Shown piece after piece: positions 51,299 through 62,000 of a DNA stretch of 64,000 bases. The position numbers and the translations under genes are program-made. The notes below the pieces were generated by a model that worked only from the letters and a program-made list of their open reading frames with translations, was not told the origin of the DNA and searched no databases. Positions within the stretch are counted from its first letter, which is position 1. Each line of letters opens with the position of its first letter. The DNA is from a bacterium (lineage in GTDB: Bacteria; UBA8248): assembly GCA_965261085.1 (NCBI GenBank), contig OZ253442.1:3648001-3712000 (forward strand), in the 5' to 3' direction.

Positions 51299-51489
51299 GG
51301 GGTTGTTGAAAAAGCCCCCCTGACAAGGGGGGTTGGGGGGTTCATGGCAAGGAAGGATGGGGGGGAGTCGGAGGGAATAGTACTTTACCCGTCCCGCTCG
51401 CCCTCCCTCGGCTGGAAACCAACCCCCCTGGCCCCCCTTGTCAGGGGGGTAAAGGCCATGCGCCCGACGAGGGGTTTTTCAACAGCCCC
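51299..51489. mobile_element. MITE copy, TSD TCATC
   Basis: TCATC|GGGGTTGTTGAAAAAG ... TTTTTCAACAGCCCC|TCATC; near-identical to 41537-41751. Confidence 0.88.
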
Positions 51490-51859
51490 TCATCGGTCGG
51501 GTTTGACTTTTTTTCGGGATTCGCCACATCGCGCCGGAGGCGCATTTCCCCGCATTTGCGGTGGGGGGATGAAAAGAGAGAGCGGGTATGATGGCGGAGC
51601 GGCTCGGCCCATCCGGGCCAGGGGAATTTCTGAAAATATCGATAAATTCACGGGGTTTTTCGATAAATTAGGTGCGTCCATCCGTTTCGATTAGACGCAT
51701 ATCTATCTAACATATTGATATTATTGTCTTTCAATGAGTCTTTGAAATCCACCCTCCACAATCCGTAATCAAACCGAAAGCGGATTCGTTACAACGCCTG
51801 CGTATCCCAGGGAGGCGTTGTCGCCGTAACCGTTCGGCGGTGGGGTGACGGGGGTTGTT

Positions 51860-52732
51860 TCAGCGATTGAGGACTTGCTTCCAGTTATTTCTGAGCGGCC
51901 GCAACCAGACGTCCTTTTTGGGCTTGTCGTAGCGTCTGTCCCTGTCGTAGCGTCCACGACCCTGGGTGGTTCCGACGTGAATCCATCCCGATGCCCTGTA
52001 GACGGCGCCGGTATAGCGGGGCGTCTCGACGAAGGTCTCGATGAGCACGGGGGTGACGCCATAGCGCTCGGTCCAGTCTCCGGGCAGGCGACGGCGGATG
52101 ATGGCGAGGAGGTGGGAGCCGAGGTTGGGGATTTTGATCCATGGCAGGATGAGGAACCTCGGGTTGTCGACCACGAGGGGGAGGTTCTTCTCGCGCAGCC
52201 CGGACGTCCAGCCGATGAAGGCATCGCGCGGGGCGAGCTTCCATGCGGCGGTGGAGAAGCCGAGCATGGCGAGGGGCCTGCCGTCGCAGTCGTGGACGGC
52301 GTAGCGCATCTGTGCGCCGACGAGGGTCTTGTAGCCCAGGTAATGGTAACGGGCGACGAACTCGTTCCAGAGCTTGCCCTCGCGGGTTCCGCGCACGACG
52401 ATGCGCATATCGAGGGGACGTACCTCATCGAGGGTCTCAGGCGCCGGGATGAGGGGCGCTTCGGTGTCGGGTCCGAAGATGATTGGTCCGGGCCGGTTCT
52501 GACGCCACTTCGGAGGCGGCAGCGTGATCAGGCCGTCCTTGTGCATGGCGAGCATGGTCACCCGGGCCATCATGTCCTTGAGTCCGCCGTCGGGCTTGAA
52601 CCAGCCGATGCGGCGGCAGAACTCCTTCGAGAGCGCATGGCGGTTGAGCGCAGGAGGACCGGCGATCAGCGCGCGCAGCAGCGCCATCTCTTCCGTCGTG
52701 AAGTCGCGTCCGTAGTAGCGGCACTCGGTCAC
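51860..52732 (-). CDS. DUF4338 / DruA-like protein inside the IS
   Basis: R..LS.E.C...W, LWNE...YHYLGY..LVGAQMRY, RD.FIGW, RFLILPW...NLGS, ETFVE..RY.G..YRA.GW...G.T.GRG. Confidence 0.88.
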   Translation of the reverse strand: MTECRYYGRDFTTEEMALLRALIAGPPALNRHALSKEFCRRIGWFKPDGGLKDMMARVTMLAMHKDGLITLPPPKWRQNRPGPIIFGPDTEAPLIPAPETLDEVRPLDMRIVVRGTREGKLWNEFVARYHYLGYKTLVGAQMRYAVHDCDGRPLAMLGFSTAAWKLAPRDAFIGWTSGLREKNLPLVVDNPRFLILPWIKIPNLGSHLLAIIRRRLPGDWTERYGVTPVLIETFVETPRYTGAVYRASGWIHVGTTQGRGRYDRDRRYDKPKKDVWLRPLRNNWKQVLNR

Positions 52733-52736
52733 GGCG

Positions 52737-55066
52737 TCATCCCGGCGCCATGAGGGCGCGCCTGCGTTGTGCGTCCATTGACCAGGGCAGCCACGCGGAG
52801 AGGTCCCCGGGCGCCCGGCCGCCGTTCTCCGCGCAGGCGGTGAGCCATGCCTCCAGCCAGCGGAGAGGGTCGATGCCGTTCGAGGAGAGTGTACCGAGGA
52901 CCGAGTACATCATCGCCGTAAACCGGGCGCCGGCCTCGCTGTCGGAGCCGAACGAGAGTCGCCTGCCGATTACTGGACCCCTGAGCACTCTCTCTGATTG
53001 ATTATTATCCATCGGTACCGAGGGGCGCTCGAGGAATACGCTCAGCCCCTCGCGATGGTTCAGCAGCGAGCGAAGCGCCTTGCCCTCGGGCGCCTGCGCC
53101 GGCAGGGCGGCGAGTTCCCTCCGGGCCTGCGCGAACAGGCTCTCGAGCGCCTTCCTGAGCGCAGCCTGCGCTACGCCGAACGCCGCGCCCTGGCGTTCGG
53201 CGCCCGGGTCGTAACGGGCCAGGCGCGCCTCGTTCAGGCGGTAGAGCTGCGCGATCCGCCCGATCCATCTCTCGCACCATGGCGTCAGCCGCTCCTCTCC
53301 TGCGGCGCAGTGGATATAATCGCGGCGTTGATGCGCCCAGCACCATGCGAGAGTGACCAGACCCCCGGGAATGCGCGCCAGCTTCTTGTAGGCGCTGTAG
53401 CGGTCGCAGACGAGGACCGTATGGCGGCCGGCCGCGCCGAACAGCTTCATCGCGACTTCCGCGCTCCGCGAGGGGTCGACGTGGAAGTAGACGGCGTCCG
53501 TGCTTACCGATGTCCACAGCCAGGCGCGGCTCGAGCGTCCTTGCTCGCGAAGCGACTGGACGCGCCACGTCGTCTCGTCCCCGTGGCGCACCGCCGCCTC
53601 GTTCTGGCGGGCGAGGATCGCGGCAGCCACCGGATCGAACAGGGGTGTGAAGCGGTGCGCGCCGCCGGCCAGCGTCCCTGCGGAGACAGGAAGCCCCTGG
53701 TCGGAGAGCCACGCGGCGACCCGGCGCAGCGGGCGGAAGCAGGCGTAGCGCTCGAACAGGAAGCGCGCCCACACGCTCGTCCCGAAGGACGTGCCCGCGA
53801 ACAGGCGCGGCGCGGGCGGCGCCGACACTTCGGTGGGAGACGACGCGCATTCGCACCCCCGGCGCCACCTCGGACGGCGGATGACGCGCCTGTGAGCCGA
53901 GACTTCGATCTCGACGATGCTCGATACACGGGCGCCGTTCGCCACGTAGGGCTTCCCGCAACCGGCGCAGACGCGCGCACCGGCCGCGGGTTGCGCACTT
54001 CGGTCCTCTCATCGAGCGCGGGCCGTGGGGTGCGGCCATGGCCCCGGGCGCCGGGCTGCCCGCCGCGTCTTCGCTCCGAGCGCGGCCTCTCCTGCCGCTC
54101 GCTCCCGCGCCCGAACAGCCTCCTCGCCAGCACCGCTCCGGTGGCGCGCAGCTTCCCGAGCTCGGCCTCCAGACGCGCTTGGCGGGCCTCCGACTTGCGA
54201 AGCGCACGGCACAACCGCGCGTTCTCCCTGGACAGGGACCCGAGCGCCGTCTTCTGACGCCGCGACCTCCCCAGGGCCTTGCGCAGTTCCGCGTCCGCAC
54301 GCGACGGCGACCTCGAGCGCGCCGCCTCGCGCGCGCGCAGCAACCGCGCCTTCAGCCGTTCGGTCGCAATGCCTGCGGCTCCCAGGGAGACTTTAAGACG
54401 GTAGACCTCCGCGGACAACGACTTGACCACCTCCGCCTGGTCGCGCAATCGCCGCAACCTCCTGTAGAGCCCGATGGTCTCCTCGTCCAGGCTCCGGATG
54501 GTCTCTTTGTGAGCCGCCGACTTCTGCTTCTCCCGGGCCAGTCGTTCCTCCAGCCGGGCGACCTCCTTCTCCCGCCAGCCGATCTCCTTGCGCTCCTCCA
54601 GGGCCTTGCGCACCCGCCCCGCCTCCCCCGGCGACGGCACGCCCGAGAGCTCCTTGCGAAGCCGGACGACCTCCATGCGCAGCGACATGAGCGGGCTGCG
54701 CTTGCGCGGCTCGACTCCCGCTTCCGCGAGTAGCTTCTCCAGCCGCGCCACTTCCGCCTTGAGCGACAGCGCGTCCTTCGCCGCGCGGCGGGCTTCCTTC
54801 GCTTCCCCGGCGGCCTCCTTGAGCTTCTTCCGGCAGACGTCGAGCTGCCGCTTCAGCCTACCCGCACGGGCGCGGGAATCCACTTCCGCCCACCGTAACT
54901 CCTCGCCGCGCGCCTCCGCCGCCTCCGCGCGCGCACGCTCGCGCTCGTACAGCGAACGCCAGTACGCCTCTCCGGTTGTGGACAACTCGGGGGGATGAGG
55001 CCATCGGCCATCCGGCTTCTCGACCAACGCCGGCTCCGTCTCGACAGCTTCTGTCCAAATCTTCAT
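52737..55066 (-). pseudogene. IS66 TnpC transposase with a long coiled-coil N-terminus, 1-nt frameshift near 53987
   Basis: LFGRGSE, GGQPGARGHGR, then in the shifted frame CAGCGKPY zinc finger, HGDETTW, CDRYSAY, CWAHQRR, DNNQSER. Confidence 0.88.
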
Positions 55067-55325
55067 GCCGACATGGTTACCACATGTCGAATCTCGTTAC
55101 CAGCCCCTTACGGGAATATCTTCGAATATCCGGGATGAGAAAGGCGGGCCATCACCTTGCCGCCGAACGGTTACTTGTCGCCGGCCCTGTCAGAACGTCC
55201 TCCAAAATCCGGCTCGCAACGGCTTGATAGCGGTCATCCTCGGCGCCACGAGACGTTCATTCAAGAACCATCGGTCCGCTCCCCCAGTGTAGGCGACTAC
55301 AGCAACGTCGAACTTCTGAGCGCGG

Positions 55326-55490
55326 TCCGCAGCGGAGCACGCCCCGCCTGAATACATGAAGTCGCCGTGTTCCCTGATCATCGAGTCCCCGAACGGGCCA
55401 TGGAGCGGCACGTGGATATCCCGGGGAAAAACTCTACCCTAAATCGAATACCTTGGGTCCGCGCTTTGGCGCGTACGTCTTCCATGTTCA
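55326..55490 (-). pseudogene. Degenerate duplicate of the 5' end of the cyclase gene (3003-3797)
   Basis: GAGCACGCCCCGCCTGAATACATGAAGTCGCCGTGTTCCCTGATCATCGAG identical to 3637-3687; ATGAACATGGAAGACGTACGC start with indels. Confidence 0.85.
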
Positions 55491-55593
55491 TTATTTCTTC
55501 AATCAAGAATTCGTGAGCCGGCGGGCCGATGGGTCGAGCCGAATACAAAACCACATATAAAGTCGCCGATGTATCCGCTAATCCGGAAACACA

Positions 55594-56196
55594 TCAAGAC
55601 GAGCATCTATTCACTAAATTTCCCCTCAAGCGATACGTTCTTAAAATTTTCGTTCCAATTTTTTCGGTTTTTTCGCTGGTGGAAATTCTCCAGCCAACAC
55701 ATTCCATCGGGATGGAATGACGAGAAAGGAATGCGCTGCATTGGGCTTCGGCCTTGAACAAGGGATACCTTGAATCACGAAATCTTCGATATTTCTTTTT
55801 TGATAATTCGTTGTACAAGTCGTTCAAACAACGGACGCGTTTCAGCGCTTCATTACGCCCCAATTTTTGTGGAACAGGTTTTTTAACATTCGAATTGCCG
55901 AGGTTGCCAAAAAATTTATCCAAGCTCATCCCAAGTTGTTGATTCCAGCTTTCCCCCTTCAGCATCTGCTCAGGGTCGGTATAATAATCGATAACCGCGG
56001 CCACCTTCGCGTCTTCGTCATATGCTCCCCATGCTATCACCGATGCCCGCATCAAGACTCCCGGAGATTTCCGGTATTCCTGCTTGGTGAACCCCAGATG
56101 CCGGATTCTGAACCGTTCTTCCATCAAGCTATTAACCGCTCCACAAGCGGAAAGCGTGAACATACATATGATTGAAGTCGTCAGAATTTTCAACAT
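55594..56196 (-). CDS. Hypothetical lipoprotein
   Basis: AAGGA RBS, MLKILTTSIICMFTLSAC lipobox; low GC. Confidence 0.65.
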   Translation of the reverse strand: MLKILTTSIICMFTLSACGAVNSLMEERFRIRHLGFTKQEYRKSPGVLMRASVIAWGAYDEDAKVAAVIDYYTDPEQMLKGESWNQQLGMSLDKFFGNLGNSNVKKPVPQKLGRNEALKRVRCLNDLYNELSKKKYRRFRDSRYPLFKAEAQCSAFLSRHSIPMECVGWRISTSEKTEKIGTKILRTYRLRGNLVNRCSS

Positions 56197-56432
56197 TGTA
56201 AATTCCTTCATGGTGGTTGTGTTGGGGAAGAGGCGAAATTTCAACAAACCGCGGGCCGATGGCCAAAGATGTTTCGGTTACTATAGCTCAGCGTCTCACT
56301 CTCCTCCAAGGCAACAAGGATAGTGATGAAAATACGTTATATCGAAACTCCCTGGAGCCGAGGTGGATGAGTTTTGCGCCGTATATTCGTCCAGCTTTTC
56401 AAATAGAGGCGCTTTCGCTGGGCTTGATCGCT

Positions 56433-56461
56433 AGAAGGGCAGCCGTGCGGGCTGCCCTTCT
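56433..56461. terminator. Hairpin downstream of the TbpB-like gene
   Basis: AGAAGGGCAGCC-GTGCG-GGCTGCCCTTCT. Confidence 0.6.
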
Positions 56462-56493
56462 GTTGTTACGTTGGTGCTGTTATGGGGACGTGC

Positions 56494-57849
56494 CTATTGC
56501 TTATACGCCCCGTAGGCGCCCAGAAAACCCTCGCTTCCATCCGCTGTGGCGGCGCCGAACGTCCCGGCGACCGACCCCGGTTTGCCGTCAGTCTCACTGT
56601 TGCCGTAGAACTGGCCGCCCCACTTGCCTGTGAAGTTGCTTCCACCAACAACATCCATTCTGGTGTCTCCCGTGAAGAACCCGCTATTCAAACTCCCGAT
56701 ATTGGCGCTGTCCAGGGTCAATTCCGGGTTTCCTGAGACGGTGAGGCCCTCTACGTCGAAGTTATGGATACGTCCTCTAATCGTTCCCAACTCGCTGCCG
56801 TTGCCGAAGTTGGCCATTAGGGTGACGCTGGCGTCAAAGAAGTAATTTCTTCCTTCCTCCGCATCCGCGTACACTCCGGTGGCGCCGTCGGGAAGAGAAT
56901 ACGTGACGGTCCCCGTCACACCCACCAGGTTGTTCTGCTGGAACGGATCGCTGCCGTCGACAAAGGCTCCGTATTCGTAGTCATCGAGACTGGATGCGTT
57001 ATCCGGCGAATACACCCATATGCCTCCTGCCAGATAGTCGGTGTCTCCGCCACCCTCATGATCCGTGTATACATCGATCCAGATGTCTCCGGGTGCGAGA
57101 CCGAGTTGCGCCGCATCTGCTTGCCCCAGACTCCGATAAAACTCGACGCCGCCAGACACCCGCTCATGCAACCGCGTTCCCTTGGGTCGGTCAAGCACAT
57201 CTTCCACATTTATTTCCGGTGTTCCGTTTGCGGTGCTGACTACTTCCATGCCGTTGTAGGATAAGACGTAGGTTTGCTGTCCGGCAGTACCGCTAACTTC
57301 GATGTTGACGGAATCGGTCGTAACGCCGCTCGCATCGGCGTCCGAGGACTGCGTTACGCTGCCCGCCTTCGGCGTGTTTCGCGCGGCTGCCGCGATTTGG
57401 AGTTGAACTATATTGGCGGTGGTTGCCTCGATAGTGGGAGCGTTATTACCATTTGATGGCGTCATCGCGACACCGGGAAGGGCTGTGACTTCCCAGTCCC
57501 CGGCACTGTTCTTTCTTGCAGAAAAATTATTGGCTGTAATGCTGTTGCCACTACAAATACTTCCGCCCAAACAGCCCCGCCCATTGGCATCTACTGAAAA
57601 GGTGAAGCTGTTACCGGGACTTTCATGGCTGCAAGATTGACCCGCGGACAGAGTACCACCCACCATACAGGCTGTCGGCGTCATCATGTCAGAGCCGCCG
57701 GGCGTCTGTGGCGTTTCTCCAGGTGTTTGTGGTGGTGTCGGCATCGACCCACTCGACGCCGATTTGGTATCCCCACCACCACAGCCGGATAATACCACTG
57801 CAGTTATTGCGGCTATCATAAACATGAAAAACCAGTTTCTCTTCAGCAT
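56494..57849 (-). CDS. Surface lipoprotein with a TbpB-like C-terminal beta-barrel
   Basis: Lipobox VLSGC, Pro/Thr linker, DTDYLAGGIW, GKWGGQFYG...GSVAGTFGA...GAYGA. Confidence 0.8.
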   Translation of the reverse strand: MLKRNWFFMFMIAAITAVVLSGCGGGDTKSASSGSMPTPPQTPGETPQTPGGSDMMTPTACMVGGTLSAGQSCSHESPGNSFTFSVDANGRGCLGGSICSGNSITANNFSARKNSAGDWEVTALPGVAMTPSNGNNAPTIEATTANIVQLQIAAAARNTPKAGSVTQSSDADASGVTTDSVNIEVSGTAGQQTYVLSYNGMEVVSTANGTPEINVEDVLDRPKGTRLHERVSGGVEFYRSLGQADAAQLGLAPGDIWIDVYTDHEGGGDTDYLAGGIWVYSPDNASSLDDYEYGAFVDGSDPFQQNNLVGVTGTVTYSLPDGATGVYADAEEGRNYFFDASVTLMANFGNGSELGTIRGRIHNFDVEGLTVSGNPELTLDSANIGSLNSGFFTGDTRMDVVGGSNFTGKWGGQFYGNSETDGKPGSVAGTFGAATADGSEGFLGAYGAYKQ

Positions 57850-58664
57850 TGTTATTTGCTCCTCTTTTCCAGGTAGAAGAATTACAAGAATATACCCCGT
57901 GAAGTCACAGAAGCTCTGGACGGGGCATCCCATTGGAGTGAACTTTCTGTTCTGCGTGTTCAGGTCGACTACCAATACTTAACGTATAGGAAAGCGTGAG
58001 CTTCTTCGTGCCCCCAGATTTAGGGGGATTCAGCGAATTTTTCGCCCGTTTAGAGGAGGAAAGGCGTTTTTAGCGCAGGTGAGATTCTTTTATCCTGTTG
58101 ATATTATCATGAATATTCATTTCTTCCAATCTCATCCGGAATCCGCCTTCCGCAATATGCAATCAAAACGAAAGCGGGCGAATTCAAACTCCTGCGCATC
58201 CCGGCGGGTCCGATTCGCCGGAACCATCCCGTCTCCTCTACCACCCGCACTACGCAACCGCGCCTCCGTCCTGTTTCGCCTTTCGCCGTCGCCTCGCGTA
58301 GCGCCGTGTTCCTGCGTCTTGGGGGCTTCGACATCTCATGTCTCCTCCCCTCGCCTGCGGCCGCCGGGCTTCGTTTCCGGCTGTATGGGGTCGTGAAACG
58401 CCACCCCGCAAGGGCCCTGTATTTGCACAAATTTAATTATCCCTAGCCCAAAAATTTCCCGTTTCACAAGGTGTGTCCGAATCGTTTATCCTGGATAGTG
58501 ATCAGACTTTGGCTAGGAGGCGCCAGGTTCCGTACCACGGGCCGGCTCCGTATCGTTCGACTTGGTCGTACGGGCCCGTGCGGGATTTATGGGACGCCTC
58601 ATGAAACGAAAGAAAGAAGAGGGAACGAATGGGATCTCGAGGGAAGTGGGCGAGAGGCCTGAAA

Positions 58665-58693
58665 TTGCGTGAGACGCCGGGTCCTAGTATACT
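58665..58693 (+). promoter_or_regulatory. Sigma70-type promoter
   Basis: TTGCGT-N17-TATACT, ending 5 bp before the heptamer array. Confidence 0.65.
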
Positions 58694-58697
58694 GAGG

Positions 58698-58886
58698 GCC
58701 TCAAGCCTCAAGCCTCAAGCCTCAAGCCTCAAGCCTCAAGCCTCAAGCCTCAAGCCTCAAGCCTCAAGCCTCAAGCCTCAAGCCTCAAGCCTCAAGCCTC
58801 AAGCCTCAAGCCTCAAGCCTCAAGCCTCAAGCCTCAAGCCTCAAGCCTCAAGCCTCAAGCCTCAAGCCTCAAGCCTCAAGCCTCAA
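58698..58886 (+). repeat. Perfect tandem repeat (GCCTCAA)x27
   Basis: 189 bp of exact 7-mers read directly. Confidence 0.97.
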
Positions 58887-59093
58887 GAATAGATCGGGCG
58901 TCCGGTCGGCGCCTTCACCCCCCCGGGGGGGTGCGCCTTTTCGGGCGCAGATGCGCCCGAAAGCGAGCATTCCCGCCTGGCGGCGAATATCAACGAATCC
59001 CCCACCGACAAGCATGAGTCATGGACGACCCGGACGCCGGTCTTGCGTCCGGACCGGTGCGGCGGCGCACCACATGAAAGGAAAGGTGAGACA

Positions 59094-62000
59094 ATGACGG
59101 CATCCGTGAAAGCTTCGTCTCCAGGGAACGACGGTTCAAGGGCGCATCACGGCTCCCCTTCCGGACTCCGGCGCCGCATGGCGGGCGGGTTCCTCCGCTC
59201 CGCACGCGCGCTCGCCGCAGCTGCGCTGCTCTTGCTCTCCGGCGGCCTCGCCCTGCCGGCCCCGGCCCAGGCGCAGACCGTCACGACGCTGGTTTCGAAC
59301 ACCGGCCAGTCGACGTCGGGTTCTGTGGCATCGATCGGAGCGCAACCGTTCACGACGGGGAGCGCCGCAGTCCTTACCAGTGTCGGTTTCTTTTTGATCA
59401 ACAATGTCAGTTTGGACGTTGGTGACATTCGGGTTCGCATCCTACAGGACAATTCCGGCAGCCCTGGCACGGCGTTGGTCACGCTGTCAAATCCCACGGC
59501 GCTAGAGGACAATGGCATCAACACCTTCACGGCGCCGTCAGGCACGAACCTGGCTGCCAGTACGACGTACTATGTGGAGGTGTCGATGACCGATGGTACG
59601 AATGGCGTTCCCTACAATCGGACGAGATCGCCATCAGAAGACGCCGGCGGTGCGACCGGTTGGGAAATCGGCAATACCCGATACTTCAAGAACAACAAAA
59701 CCGACCCTTGGGCCACTTCCACCAACTTAATGCTGATCGCCATCAAGGGCTACGAGGTGGGCGGCACGCCGTCAACGGACGCGACGCTGAGCGGGCTGAC
59801 GGTGACCGCCGGCGGCACGGACCTGGTGACCTTCGCGTCGGGCACCACCGACTACACGCCGATGGTGGCGAACGACGTCGACGAGGTGACGGTGACGGCG
59901 ATGACGACCGATTCCGGGGCGACGATCGAATACCTGGACGCGTCCGACATGACGCTCGACGACGCGGACACCGGGGTGACCGATCTCCAGGTGGCGCTGG
60001 CGGTGGGCGACACCGTCATCAAGGTGAAGGTGACGGCCGAGGACGGCAACGCCACCCAGACCTACATGGTGACGGTGACCCGGGCGGCGGCCATGACCCC
60101 GACCTGCACGCTGAACACCGGCGACCTCTGGTGCGGCGTGGTGACGGTGGGGGAGATAGCTTCCGGGGGCCATGGATTCGTCTCGATTTCGGGTGGGAAT
60201 GTGGGCGACTTGACCGACAACTCGGGCGACCGGTCGTTCACAATTGGAACGTCACAGTACGTTGTATATCGGGTTGCAGTTTCGTCATTCGGGCTGAGTT
60301 TCGCTGTTACTCGGACGACCGCCGGCGGTGTCCAAAGCCCTGGCCTGCTCGATGACGACCGCGCGAAGCTGCATCTGCATGTCGACGGCCACAGCGCCTC
60401 GTTCGCGTTCAGTGATGTAGTGCTTAGTGGCAGTCTCGGCTACGAGTGGAGCGGCGCCAGCCTGGATTGGTCGTCGACGGGTTCGGTCACGGTGCGGCTG
60501 CGCGAGGTGGCGGCGCTCTCGTCGGACGCGACGCTGAGCGCGCTGACGGTGACCGCCGGCGGCACGGACCTGGTGACCTTCGCGTCGGGCACCACCGACT
60601 ACACGCCGATGGTGGCGAACGACGTCGACGAGGTGACGGTGACGGCGATGACGACCGATTCCGGGGCGACGATTGAATACCTGGACGGGGACGACGCGAC
60701 GCTCACCGACGCCGACACCTCGGATCCCGGCCACCAGGTGGCGCTGGCGGTGGGCGACGACACCGTCATCAAGGTGAAGGTGACGGCCGAGGACGGCAAC
60801 GCCACCCAGACCTACATGGTGACGGTGAGCCGGGCGGCCCCGACCTGCACGCTGAACACCGGCGACGGCGACATCTGGTGCGGCGTGGTTACGGTGGAGG
60901 CATACACCTCATTCGGGTTGACCAATACATACGGATTCGTGATTGCCCCACTTGGTGCGGGTGCCCTGTCCGACACCGGGTTCAGTGTCGGAACAAACCC
61001 TTACACGATTGACTATGTCACAGTAAATTCAACTTCCGGCGACTTGAGTTTCAGTCTAACCAGCGCCCTAACCGCAACCGATAAGGAACAGCTGGTGCTG
61101 CATGTGGACAGCGCCTCGTTTGCGTTCAGCGATGCGAGCTTTGTTGATGCTAGCGATACCTACAAATGGAGCGGCTCCGGCCTGGACTGGTCCTCGGAGG
61201 ACTACGTCACGCTGCGACTGCGGGAGGCGGCCGCCTCGACGGACGCGACGCTGAGCGATCTGGTCGTCAACGACGGCACCACCGACCTGACGCTGACGCC
61301 GACCTTCGCATCGGGCATGTACACCTACACGGCGTCGGTGGCGAGCACCGTTGCCGAGGTGACGGTGACGCCGACGAAGAGCGACACCAACGCGACGATC
61401 GAATATCTGGACGGGAGCGACATGACGCTCACCGACGCCAACACCACGGATGCCGGCCATCAGGTGGCGGTGGCGGAGGGCGACACCGTCATCAAGGTGA
61501 AGGTGACGGCCGAGGACGGCAACGCCACCCAGACCTACGTGGTGACGGTGAAGCGGGCGGCGGCGGACGCCTCGACGGACGCGACGCTGAGCGATCTGGT
61601 CGTCAACGACGGCAACATGGACCTGACGCTGACGCCGACCTTCGCATCGAGCAAGTACACCTACACGGCGATGGTGGCGAACACCGTCACCGAGGTGACG
61701 GTGACGCCGACGAAGAACGATTCCGGCGCGACGATCGAATATCTGGACGCGAGTAACATGACGCTCACCGACGCCGACACCGGGGCGACCGGCCACCAGG
61801 TGGCGGTGGCGGTGGGCGACACCATCATCGAGGTGAAGGTGACGGCCGAGGACGGTGACACCACCCAGACCTACACGGTGACGGTGAACCGGGCGGCGGC
61901 CATGCCCCCGACCTGCACGCTGAACACCGGCGACCTCTGGTGCGGCGTGGTCGCGGTGGGGCAGGTCCAGCTTCCCGATAGAGGAGTGATTGAATACGGA

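Larger units (their letters stand above)
51826..55174 (-). mobile_element. IS66-like element (3,349 bp) with TIRs and 8-bp TSD TTGTCGCC
   Basis: GTAACCGTTCGGCGG at both ends (15/15, 22/26 extended); TTGTCGCC at 51818-51825 and 55175-55182. Confidence 0.92.

Noticed and set aside
58107-58430. Small minus-strand ORF or possible structured RNA between divergent surface genes
   Set aside because: No recognisable protein or riboswitch motif
58698-58886. Possible CRISPR array
   Set aside because: Pure 7-mer tandem with no spacers and no cas genes
58629-58892. ORF encoding (ASSLKPQ)n
   Set aside because: A by-product of the stop-free heptamer array; its start lies upstream of the predicted promoter
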